The notes under the pieces are model-generated. The model was not told the DNA's origin. It searched no databases and worked only from the letters and a program-made list of their open reading frames with translations. Positions 54,587 to 63,215 of a stretch of 64,000 bases of DNA are shown here, one piece after another. Every line of letters starts with the position of its first letter. The stretch's first letter is position 1. The position numbers and the translations under genes are program-made. Location of the stretch: NCBI GenBank assembly GCA_963737905.1, contig CAVTUQ010000008.1:96001-160000 (forward strand). Reading direction: 5' to 3'. The stretch is from an uncultured delta proteobacterium (lineage in GTDB: Bacteria; Desulfobacterota; Binatia; UBA9968).

Positions 54587-57500
54587 TTAGACAGGCTCAC
54601 ATCTTTGTCTTCGGGCTGTGACTGGGAAGTCTCAGTGCGAGACCGGCCTAGGAGTGCCGCCCATCCACGAGCCACCAAGTCGAGCAGCCCACGTCCTCCG
54701 ATCACGGCTCTGGTCAGCCGGATGCCCAGCGGCCTGAGATCGCTAGACCAACCCATGGAGGCAGGGGTCCGAGGAGTTGCGATTCGAAACGCCAGGCTGA
54801 GGGATCCATCTGGGGGGATCACTTCAGCCGGCAACTCCACGGTTCGTTGGTGCGGTGTACGATCCGGTCCCATGGTCCATTCCGCCAGCATCTTACCGTT
54901 GGCAACGACCTCGACCGGAAGAGTGGGCGCCGTGGCATCCACCATGATTTCCGAGACAACCACTGAGAGCGACGTGGGTCCGTCGGGGCGGGGGTCCAGT
55001 CGCAAGGTGAGCGTGGCCTCGGTGCCTTCCGTCCAGCAGCCGTAGTCATCGCGCGCGCTCCATCCCGCCTCGAGGTACGGGGCGGCGTTGCCTTTCTCGG
55101 TGAAGTCGATGATCTGGCCCATGCGATAGACGGGGATCACCAGTGGCTCGATGCGCAAGCCGGTTAGCCGAAAGCCGAGTAGCCGGGTGTCGCCCGACCA
55201 GTTGAGCTGCCGCGGTGATCGGGGTGCCGGGATATGAAAGGCGATGCTCAAAGGGTGCCGCCGCTTCAAGACCTCGGGCTCCACTTTGACCTTTCGTTCC
55301 TGAGTTTCTCGAGTAGGGCCGAGCACCCATTTGCCGACATTCTCATCATTGAACAGCACATCCACCTCGAGACTGGGGAATTTCTCCGTGACGACAGCAT
55401 CCGAGATGGTGAATACGGCACTCACGAGCTTGTCCAGCGGCACCTCTCCGAGGTACATGATGAGGGTGGCCTCAGGGCCTAAAGTCCACGCTCCATAGTT
55501 GTCCGGCGTGGCCCAACAGCTATCCATGTAGAAAGCTCCGCGCCCCTCGGCGGTAAAGTCGACGGGAGAACCGAGATGATAGTGGGCGTTCTCAATTTCG
55601 TAGAGACTCAAACTTTGGATCTTAATGCTGAGTTCACGCGGGTCCTCGCCGATCATCTCCTCCCCCCGATGCCGGGCAACGGCCGCGCACGACTGGGGGT
55701 TCTCGATTTCGAACACGAGACGGGTGAGCGGCTTGCCTGCGAAAAGCCGCTGCGGAAGGATCAGCCGGGAAGTGTAGCAGGCGTAGCGAGATACGGACAA
55801 CCATTTCGCTATGTGCTCGCCCTCGAACCACACGTTCACACGAATCGGCAACTCCTCGGGGCCCAGAAACGTCTCCGTGACGTAGACGTGGGCGATTAGA
55901 TCGGCCTCCACCGCCGGGTCGATCGACAACAAGACCACGGCCTCCGGCCCATCGATCCAGGTTCCCGTGTGGTCGGCGACGCCCCAGTTTCCATCCTTGT
56001 ACAGGCTCGAGCTCGCCAGCGATGTAAAGTCAATCGAGTCTCCGGGAGCGAGCGGATGGGCCGACCCGTCCTGTACGTCGTAGCCGAAAAAGGATTGCAT
56101 CGCCTCCTCGGTGAGCTTCCAGCGGTGCGACCGATACAAGCGCTCATCGCCAACCCGCGCGCGTCCTTTGCGCACGCGGGTGTTGTAGGGTGTCTTGGTG
56201 GTGAGCAGAAACTGCGACACGAATTGATCGAAGGGATGATGGTTGGGATTGACCACGAGGAAATCCGGCAGAGACGAGCTTGGCGTCGATCGAGATACCG
56301 TGTGACATTCCTCGGCGCAGGATGCCAAACATCGAGCGATTGCGCCCAGGCGATAGCGCTGGTCCCGCGGCCAGTCCGTGATTCGGGCCACGTTGGACGA
56401 CGGGAGGCGCGCGGCGTCGAGGCCGAAGTCAAAGATCAGGACGTCGTGATTGATGATGAGCGAGCGGCTGAAGGACGGGTCTTCCGGTCCGTATTCAATT
56501 GCAGCCGCCACCCCGTCGGCCAGTTCTGGAAGGGGGGAACACATCAGGTCGGGCATCCAGCCCAGGGGCCGGCTAAACCCGAGATCGCGGAAACAGGTGG
56601 CGAGCAAGGTCAGCAGCCGAGGATTGTTGCCAATGTAGAGAAGCCGCACGTCGCGCGGGTAGACGGTGAGGTTGGCCGCGACGTAAGGGAGGACGTGCTC
56701 GGGGTGATAGAAGAGGTAGTTCCGCCCGTCGTTGGAGTCGGAGTGGTAGTCGCGATCTTGCCGGACCCCTAGCGTACGCTGGACCACGGACACGAACCGG
56801 GCCGGTGGCCCGCCACCGAAATCGATCTCCTCGATGGCATCCTCAGGCAGACCCCAGGAGTGTGACTGGTGCGAAGCGTAGGGGTTGTCGATGTTATACA
56901 CGAACTCGTGGGGATCGCTCTCGATCCGAAAGTCAAGTCGATGGGCCAAGGTGCGCTCACGGGTGTGGTCGCAGTGGTATCCCTTGAGACGGTCCGCCAG
57001 GCTCCCGGTAACCCCATACAGATGAAACAGCCGCTTGCACATGTTGGAGTCCACGTGCCAGCCGTGGATCAACCGCTCATCGAATCCGAAGATGTCGAAA
57101 AGGGTCTGTCGAGGAAGGAACTGGGCGTCCCCGGGATTGTCGAAGCGCATGTACGGGTGCGCGAGCGTGACCTCGTTCAGGTGGAGCGCAGCCCCGAGTT
57201 GATTGCAGGCGCGGATGATCGCGGCTGGATCCATTCGGGGGAACGATTCCCAGAACGGCTCCGGTAGCTCGAACCGGGGAAGAATGTAGTAGCCGTCGGC
57301 AAGATCGCTCACGGCAGTCGTGAGATCGTACTCCCTGTTTCTCGGAACGAAGATCATGTCCGTGTTCGTGGAAAGAATCCAACGGTTTTGGGGGTTCGAC
57401 CGGCGGACCCCGATGTTGCGGCAGATCGCCTCGAGTGCGGCGAGATGGGTACGGGTGCCGTACAGGCGATGGTGAACTTCGGGACGGACACGCAAGACCC

Positions 57501-57708
57501 GCAAGACCCACCTGGCACGGGGTGTCAGGGTGTCGTAGATCGCTTCGACGAACGTGGGCAGATCGTTCGGCGTGTTGTAGTCGACGAAGATGATCTCGTC
57601 GTGCTCGCCGGACAACATTTCGGCGATGCAGTTCAGGCTGATGGCCGCGCGTTTGTGGAGGTTGTAGCCGTACGAATCGTTACGTCCGTAGAGAATGACG
57701 GAGAGCAT
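54583..57708 (-). CDS. GT-A-fold glycosyltransferase-like protein with three C-terminal beta-sandwich repeats
   Basis: SVILYGRND, VDYN, RNIGVRRS, STNTD, PGD, HVDS; three IDFT..W...D..G.W..G.EA.L...D.R.L(G/S) repeats. Confidence 0.7.
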   Translation of the reverse strand: MLSVILYGRNDSYGYNLHKRAAISLNCIAEMLSGEHDEIIFVDYNTPNDLPTFVEAIYDTLTPRARWVLRVLRVRPEVHHRLYGTRTHLAALEAICRNIGVRRSNPQNRWILSTNTDMIFVPRNREYDLTTAVSDLADGYYILPRFELPEPFWESFPRMDPAAIIRACNQLGAALHLNEVTLAHPYMRFDNPGDAQFLPRQTLFDIFGFDERLIHGWHVDSNMCKRLFHLYGVTGSLADRLKGYHCDHTRERTLAHRLDFRIESDPHEFVYNIDNPYASHQSHSWGLPEDAIEEIDFGGGPPARFVSVVQRTLGVRQDRDYHSDSNDGRNYLFYHPEHVLPYVAANLTVYPRDVRLLYIGNNPRLLTLLATCFRDLGFSRPLGWMPDLMCSPLPELADGVAAAIEYGPEDPSFSRSLIINHDVLIFDFGLDAARLPSSNVARITDWPRDQRYRLGAIARCLASCAEECHTVSRSTPSSSLPDFLVVNPNHHPFDQFVSQFLLTTKTPYNTRVRKGRARVGDERLYRSHRWKLTEEAMQSFFGYDVQDGSAHPLAPGDSIDFTSLASSSLYKDGNWGVADHTGTWIDGPEAVVLLSIDPAVEADLIAHVYVTETFLGPEELPIRVNVWFEGEHIAKWLSVSRYACYTSRLILPQRLFAGKPLTRLVFEIENPQSCAAVARHRGEEMIGEDPRELSIKIQSLSLYEIENAHYHLGSPVDFTAEGRGAFYMDSCWATPDNYGAWTLGPEATLIMYLGEVPLDKLVSAVFTISDAVVTEKFPSLEVDVLFNDENVGKWVLGPTRETQERKVKVEPEVLKRRHPLSIAFHIPAPRSPRQLNWSGDTRLLGFRLTGLRIEPLVIPVYRMGQIIDFTEKGNAAPYLEAGWSARDDYGCWTEGTEATLTLRLDPRPDGPTSLSVVVSEIMVDATAPTLPVEVVANGKMLAEWTMGPDRTPHQRTVELPAEVIPPDGSLSLAFRIATPRTPASMGWSSDLRPLGIRLTRAVIGGRGLLDLVARGWAALLGRSRTETSQSQPEDKDVSLSK

Positions 57709-57751
57709 AGTTGGTGTAGTTCGGGACGGTCAGATCATGATCGAGGGAGAC

Positions 57752-57779
57752 AGTATCCAATAACGATGCATGGTGTCAA
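57752..57779 (-). promoter_or_regulatory. putative sigma70 promoter for the 1041-aa/465-aa gene pair
   Basis: Minus strand TTGACA-16 nt-GATACT. Confidence 0.5.
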
Positions 57780-57868
57780 CTCCAACGTGATTTCACGGCT
57801 GAGGATGACATTTGCCGCGGCATGAGCTGCGGCACGGTGAGCACGGACCTCCCCGCCACGTATTCAGC

Positions 57869-59254
57869 TTACTCGTTCATTCCCAAACCCACACATCGTT
57901 TCAGGCGGAACCAGATCCGGCGTAGCTTCCAGAACTTACTGCTCTCCATGGACGTGATCCTTGCCAGAGCTTGCCTCGCCGCCTCCAGCGCCGTCCGCAG
58001 GCTCTGCCGAGTCTGTTCGAGCTCTGTCGAGGTGGCGGCGTGATCCTCCCGGGCTTGCCTCGCCTCCTCTAGGGTCGTCCGCAGGGTCTGCCGAGTCTGT
58101 TCGAGCTCTGCCTGTGCGGCTTGCTCCCTGGCTGCGTATTCGTCCCGCTCGCGCTCAATTTCAGCGGCGGCGTCCCGCAAGCAAGCAAGCTCGTACTCGG
58201 CTGCTGTGCATGCGGAGCTTGGCGGGAAAAACATCGGATCATGGGATTCGAATCGTCGAAGATACTCACGGTAAGTGAGCGGCTGCTCGATGGGACCTTG
58301 GGCTTGGGCGGCAAGCAGGTCCAGGATGCGCTCCACGTCACAGGAGTCGCCCAGCCTGTCTCTGAACCGGAGAGCGATCTCCGCCGCACAGTCCGGCAGG
58401 TTGAAAGCCGCAAAGATGCAGATCAGGTTCAGTAACTTCGCCAAGGGCAATTGCGCGGCGAATTCATCGTGCTCGTGCCTGCCGAGGTCCCGGACGTAAA
58501 GAGCATCCCCTAGAAGGGGGCGACCGAAATCGGTCTCGGCGGGGAAGTTCGACACATAGGGAGAGGGTAAGGCGGCGAGCGAGTACCGGCGGACGGTTGT
58601 ACCAAACAATTCGAACCCGCGTGCTTTCATGAATCGGTCAACGTTGTGAAAGGTGTAATCGGTATCCGCGGCCGAACCGAAATAGCTCACTTCGATACCA
58701 ACGCCAAGTACTCCCAGTGTCTCGAGGGCCGAATCAAAAGAATTCAAAATCTCAAAGTCGGGCCCATCGACGTCGATTTTGAGGAAATCGACGCTGTGGA
58801 TCTCGCTGTCTTGGAGATACGCCGGCACCGCGATCACTTCCTTGGAAATCTTCGTGTCGGGCGCCAACATCCCTGCGTTCAGCGCGCCCATCTCCGGGGG
58901 CAATGTTTGCCGGCGAGATTTCATCAGCTCAAGCGACTTCACAACGCTCAGACGAGTCCACGGGTTACGTTCCAAGGGGTCGCGGCCCGCTTTCCTTAAG
59001 CTAAAGGGATGGTTTGCGGGCAGACCGGCGAACGCCGCCAGATACTGGACTCCGGGATGTGTTTCTAAGCTTCGGAGCCGCTCGATCTCGTCAACATTCG
59101 GGTCGATTGCCAGGGCTCGCAACCGTGGCCCAAAACCTCTCCAGACCGCGTCGATCCCTCCGCTACAACCGATGTCGATCAGCATGAACTCGCTTAGCAA
59201 AGGTGCCTCGGACAGGTAGCCGATTACCGGTACGTAGTTGGCAGTTCCTTCCAT
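57869..59254 (-). CDS. FkbM-like methyltransferase with C-terminal coiled coil and basic amphipathic tail
   Basis: LIDIGCSGG, DFLKIDVDGPDFEIL, GDALY; heptad repeats; SSKFWKLRRIWFRLKR tail. Confidence 0.8.
   Translation of the reverse strand: MEGTANYVPVIGYLSEAPLLSEFMLIDIGCSGGIDAVWRGFGPRLRALAIDPNVDEIERLRSLETHPGVQYLAAFAGLPANHPFSLRKAGRDPLERNPWTRLSVVKSLELMKSRRQTLPPEMGALNAGMLAPDTKISKEVIAVPAYLQDSEIHSVDFLKIDVDGPDFEILNSFDSALETLGVLGVGIEVSYFGSAADTDYTFHNVDRFMKARGFELFGTTVRRYSLAALPSPYVSNFPAETDFGRPLLGDALYVRDLGRHEHDEFAAQLPLAKLLNLICIFAAFNLPDCAAEIALRFRDRLGDSCDVERILDLLAAQAQGPIEQPLTYREYLRRFESHDPMFFPPSSACTAAEYELACLRDAAAEIERERDEYAAREQAAQAELEQTRQTLRTTLEEARQAREDHAATSTELEQTRQSLRTALEAARQALARITSMESSKFWKLRRIWFRLKRCVGLGMNE
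57969..58111 (-). repeat. 84-nt-period intragenic direct repeat (28 aa, four heptads)
   Basis: GCTTGCCTCGCC...CTGCCGAGTCTGTTCGAGCTCTG starting at 57969 and 58053. Confidence 0.85.
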
Positions 59255-59331
59255 CGCTCACTTCGGCTCGGGGCCGAGTTTTTGAATACCACGCCGCGAA
59301 GTCTCGTCAAGAGTCGTTGCGGCATTTTGTT

Positions 59332-61257
59332 TTAGGAGCGAAAGGCTCCGTAAGGACACGAATTGCACACAGGGAGATGCTGGTCTGTGTTCAGTGTACG
59401 CCGGACTAGTTTAAACCCGTCGGCGTTGTACGCCTGCTGCACCGGCATATCCTTCAAGTTTGACCGCCTCTCACCGGGCACATTCTCCATATAGCAGCAG
59501 ATCGAGAGGTCAAGCGAGTGCTGGAACACGCTCAAGGTAGTATAGACCATGGGACAGTAGATTCGGCTTGGCTTGTATAGCCCAGGGGTCCCACTTTTCT
59601 CCGAGTCAAGGCCGGACGCCTGCGGCGATGAGGTTTCCACGCTCCCGGATATTGTTTCGGGCGCCACCGCCGGCCGCACCGTTTGTGTAACCTCCTGATT
59701 TTTCTCTGCGGACTCTCCTATTGATGGCTCTTCAAGCCCCGCCGAAAGGCCCAGCTGTCCATACCGATAAATGGCCCTTACGGGCGTATCGTCCGCACCT
59801 TGTCGAACGATGACGTCAATTAACCGGTCCTTTGCCAAGGCAAACTGGAACCGAGTGCTTCCTGACTGGAGTTCCTGTTGAACGATGAATTCATTTTTTT
59901 CAATATCCAATATCCCGCCGTAAAGCTGGCCGGAAGAGATGTCGATTTGCAAGTTCAACATGTATTCGCCGCCAGGGAGCTCAAGGCGAGGGGTGCGAAG
60001 AAGATAGGCCCAGCGACATGATTGCGGAGTCCCACGAAAACTCACCCCCTCGCTCTCGTTTCCGGTAGCCTCGCAGTACCTTTCATGGGGCACAAATACG
60101 ACTTGCCGGTTGTTCACCCGGATACAAAGCGCTTCCCACTTCGGGTTATTATAGGTCGTCGGGACCGAACCCGCTTGGAAAACTGCCGCGCTCTGCTCAT
60201 CTGTCGAAAGCTGGATCGGGTTGGAGCGAAGCGATGGACTGACGGGTAAGAGCCACTGATCGGGGCTAGCGATAATACGAAAACCCATCCTGCGATACAA
60301 CACGATGGCCTTCGTAGCCTTCTCCACGAGTTCGCGGGCATTGGGCAGACGACCACACCAAAGGTCGAGGTACTGATCGGTTCGACCGAAACCCCAGTCT
60401 GGGCTCGTAAGTGGCAGGAGCGCGTTAAGCTGGAAGTTCTCGATCCCCTTTTTTACGAAGAGATCAAGAAACTGCGGGACTTCCGGCAAGGAGTGTCGAG
60501 TAATCGCCATTGACACCTTGAGGAGACCAGGTGACGTCTCGGGAAGATTACGCCAGTCCGGATCAGCCAATATGTTTTCAATATTGGCCACTACTCGATC
60601 AAATGTGCCTGGTTTAGAGCCCATGGCGATCTGGTGGGTTTGGTCCGTGGCGGCGTTGACCGACACCTGGATATGGCTGATTCGCAATGACTTCAACAAC
60701 TCCCAGCGATGGCCGGACAGCAACCAGCCGTTGGTAATAATCTCCAAGTGCGCGACCGGGTTCAGGTGCTTTTTAATCTCCGTGGCGATTTCCTCGAATT
60801 GCGGATGGGCCAAAGGCTCGCCGAGACCCTGCAAGCTAATGCAAACGGCATAGCGAAACGCGTCAGCAAAATGTTCCACCTCATGCACGGCGAACGCCTT
60901 CGGACTGGGCACCAGAGGTGAGCTGCAGAAGGTGCATATCGCGTTGCACACCTCCGTCATAGGAATCGTGATGTTCCATGGATAGGAGGTAAGCTCCTCC
61001 ACGCCGTGCTCGTACTCCCAGAGATTCACCGCGTAGTTGGCCCAAACTTCCGCGCCCTCTACCGGTTGGCCCAGATAGTGTGCGCGCAGCGCCTCTCGGT
61101 CGTATCGGCGAATATGTTCCATAAACGCTGTGCGCTCGTAGACCAAGGGATTAGGGGACAGCTGCTCTATGGAGCGCACTCTGTCCAGCGACACCGAAGA
61201 AAGTTTCAAGAGCATCCCAGGATCGATTCGGAATAGTCTTCGCCACATGGACCTCAT
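59332..61257 (-). CDS. radical SAM protein with inserted module and C-terminal SPASM/Twitch-like domain
   Basis: CNAICTFC, GLGEPL.HP, ITNG, SVNA; C-terminal CPMVY...ICC...CNSC; SD GAGGTGG. Confidence 0.88.
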   Translation of the reverse strand: MRSMWRRLFRIDPGMLLKLSSVSLDRVRSIEQLSPNPLVYERTAFMEHIRRYDREALRAHYLGQPVEGAEVWANYAVNLWEYEHGVEELTSYPWNITIPMTEVCNAICTFCSSPLVPSPKAFAVHEVEHFADAFRYAVCISLQGLGEPLAHPQFEEIATEIKKHLNPVAHLEIITNGWLLSGHRWELLKSLRISHIQVSVNAATDQTHQIAMGSKPGTFDRVVANIENILADPDWRNLPETSPGLLKVSMAITRHSLPEVPQFLDLFVKKGIENFQLNALLPLTSPDWGFGRTDQYLDLWCGRLPNARELVEKATKAIVLYRRMGFRIIASPDQWLLPVSPSLRSNPIQLSTDEQSAAVFQAGSVPTTYNNPKWEALCIRVNNRQVVFVPHERYCEATGNESEGVSFRGTPQSCRWAYLLRTPRLELPGGEYMLNLQIDISSGQLYGGILDIEKNEFIVQQELQSGSTRFQFALAKDRLIDVIVRQGADDTPVRAIYRYGQLGLSAGLEEPSIGESAEKNQEVTQTVRPAVAPETISGSVETSSPQASGLDSEKSGTPGLYKPSRIYCPMVYTTLSVFQHSLDLSICCYMENVPGERRSNLKDMPVQQAYNADGFKLVRRTLNTDQHLPVCNSCPYGAFRS

Positions 61258-61266
61258 ATATCCACC

Positions 61267-61344
61267 TCAGTTCACGTTTGGCCTCTCCGGATGAATGGCA
61301 AGCCAATAAGCAACAGTGAAGACCAAGAGGCCGCTCGTCCTCAT
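61267..61344 (-). CDS. possible 25-aa small ORF upstream of the radical SAM gene
   Basis: MRTSGLLVFTVAYWLAIHPERPNVN*; stop overlaps the radical SAM SD; no SD of its own. Confidence 0.15.
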   Translation of the reverse strand: MRTSGLLVFTVAYWLAIHPERPNVN

Positions 61345-61697
61345 AGGATTGTTATAAAATTCCGTTCCGGCTTCCATTTATTGCATATCCAAATAGCCCT
61401 TGTATACTCTCTCTACAAATTTTTAACACGTTTCCTTTCTCTTTTCACAAATCCGTACAAGGACTACTTATTTACTGACACGGTTAAGAATCACGATGGA
61501 TCTGTGGGGAACAACTTCTCGGCCCCGACGCCCGTTAAGAAGGCAACGCTGGCACCAATCTGGGAACTATTGCGAGGTTTCAAACGCACTTGGAATACCC
61601 CTTTCTAAGAATGCTTAGTGATTTGAACACCGCATCGAGTTTGAGGTTTGAGAGCGGGCCGGCTACGCGCGGCCGCCGGTCTTCGTAGGGTCCGGGT

Positions 61698-63002
61698 ATG
61701 CGTTCGAAACTTCGCAAATTCGGTTTTTATTTGATTCTCGTAGTTTTTGCGTTTGTTGCGACGCTCTTTGTCGGCGAGCTTGGTGTCACGGTTTATCATA
61801 TCGTCCGTGACGGCAAGTATATTTCCCCGGGCGAACGGCTTGCAGCCGAGAGGAACGCTTACGTCGAGGCGGCTCGTGCACAGACACCGAGCGCCTGCGG
61901 CTATGGAGATAGCCTTATCGCCCACCCCTATTTGGCATTCGTGCAGACGGCTCTGGGACCCTGTGGTTTCGGTTATGCCAACAGCAAGAGTTTGCTCGGT
62001 AAAGAGTTTCCCGACAGGCCACGGCCTAGAACCGGTATTATACTTGTCACCGGTGGCTCTGTTGCCGCTCAGTTCGTCGGCTATGACCGAAAAATAGAGA
62101 GTCCGCTCGAACGAATTCTTAACGCGGAGTTCACCGGTGATCGTTTCGACCGGTTCATCGTTCTTAACGGCGGACGCGGAGCATGGAAGCAACCCAACCA
62201 GTACATTTTTTTCGGACTTTACGCGGACATTCTTACCGGAGTCATCACTCTCGACGGCTTCAACGAGCACTATATGATCAACTCTCGACGGAGATTCGAA
62301 GAGCCTGCCAGCCTCTATTTCCAAGTCGTTGAGCGCCAAGATCCTCGTGTGACCACGGCTCCGCTCACCTTGGCCGCGCTCAAGCTGGACGCCGACCTTT
62401 ACCGATTCGCTTCCCGTCATGCCATCTTCCAGGTGTCAAATCTTGCCTATTTCGTGGTTGATGTTGTACGCAGAACGCTACGGCGCTACGCCTCCCACAC
62501 ACCAAAGCTCTCGATTCCCGCTGAAGACGATTGGGTCAAGGCCTCGTATGCCCAGATGTTTGCCTTGCACGATGAAATGACGCCAGAGGAAAGCAAAATC
62601 TGGTCGCTGCGGCAATATGAAAAATACATTCGTCTGATGCATGGGGGCGCCGAAGCCCTGCGCATTAAGAGCCTTTTCCTCATTCAACCGATCCCTGGTT
62701 TGGGAAAGTCTCTCACGGAGAATGAAAGGGTTTTCGCTCGGGGCACTGACCGGGAACTGTACAAAGAGATGACCGACCATGTGGTGGGTCTGCGCGAACA
62801 GTTTGGGATCCCGGTCTACAGCTTGCTCGACGTGTTTCAAGACACGAAGGAAGAGATCTACAAAGACCACGCTCATGTCAATGACCTAGGTGATGAGATC
62901 ATGGCCCGGCGAGTGGCAGATTTGATTGCGGAGGTTTGGGGCTGGCCACGCAAGCGAGGGCAAAAACCTGCCACAGCAGAGCCGCACCTCAATGTTAAAT
63001 GA
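61698..63002 (+). CDS. membrane-anchored SGNH/GDSL hydrolase-like protein (copy 1)
   Basis: N-terminal TM; TGGSVA (block I), NGG.G (II), DGFNE (III), DHAH.N..G (V). Confidence 0.7.
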   Translation: MRSKLRKFGFYLILVVFAFVATLFVGELGVTVYHIVRDGKYISPGERLAAERNAYVEAARAQTPSACGYGDSLIAHPYLAFVQTALGPCGFGYANSKSLLGKEFPDRPRPRTGIILVTGGSVAAQFVGYDRKIESPLERILNAEFTGDRFDRFIVLNGGRGAWKQPNQYIFFGLYADILTGVITLDGFNEHYMINSRRRFEEPASLYFQVVERQDPRVTTAPLTLAALKLDADLYRFASRHAIFQVSNLAYFVVDVVRRTLRRYASHTPKLSIPAEDDWVKASYAQMFALHDEMTPEESKIWSLRQYEKYIRLMHGGAEALRIKSLFLIQPIPGLGKSLTENERVFARGTDRELYKEMTDHVVGLREQFGIPVYSLLDVFQDTKEEIYKDHAHVNDLGDEIMARRVADLIAEVWGWPRKRGQKPATAEPHLNVK

Positions 63003-63215
63003 TAGGGTATGCAGCCCTGGCAACGCGGCAAATGATTCTGGACTTTATTGCTTGTTTCCGCTGTTTCGCATTCAACCTAGGTAATTCATTGATACGACGC
63101 TATAGCCGCCACTTTAGAAATCTCAGATATGGCTCCGTAGTTTTTTCCCCATCGCAACCGAATAACCAGAGCGGGCCGGCTACGCGTGGCCGCCGGTCTT
63201 CGTAGGGGTCCGGGT

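Noticed and set aside
61291-61608. 105-aa plus-strand ORF in the AT-rich spacer
   Set aside because: No RBS or motif; lies in a probable divergent promoter region
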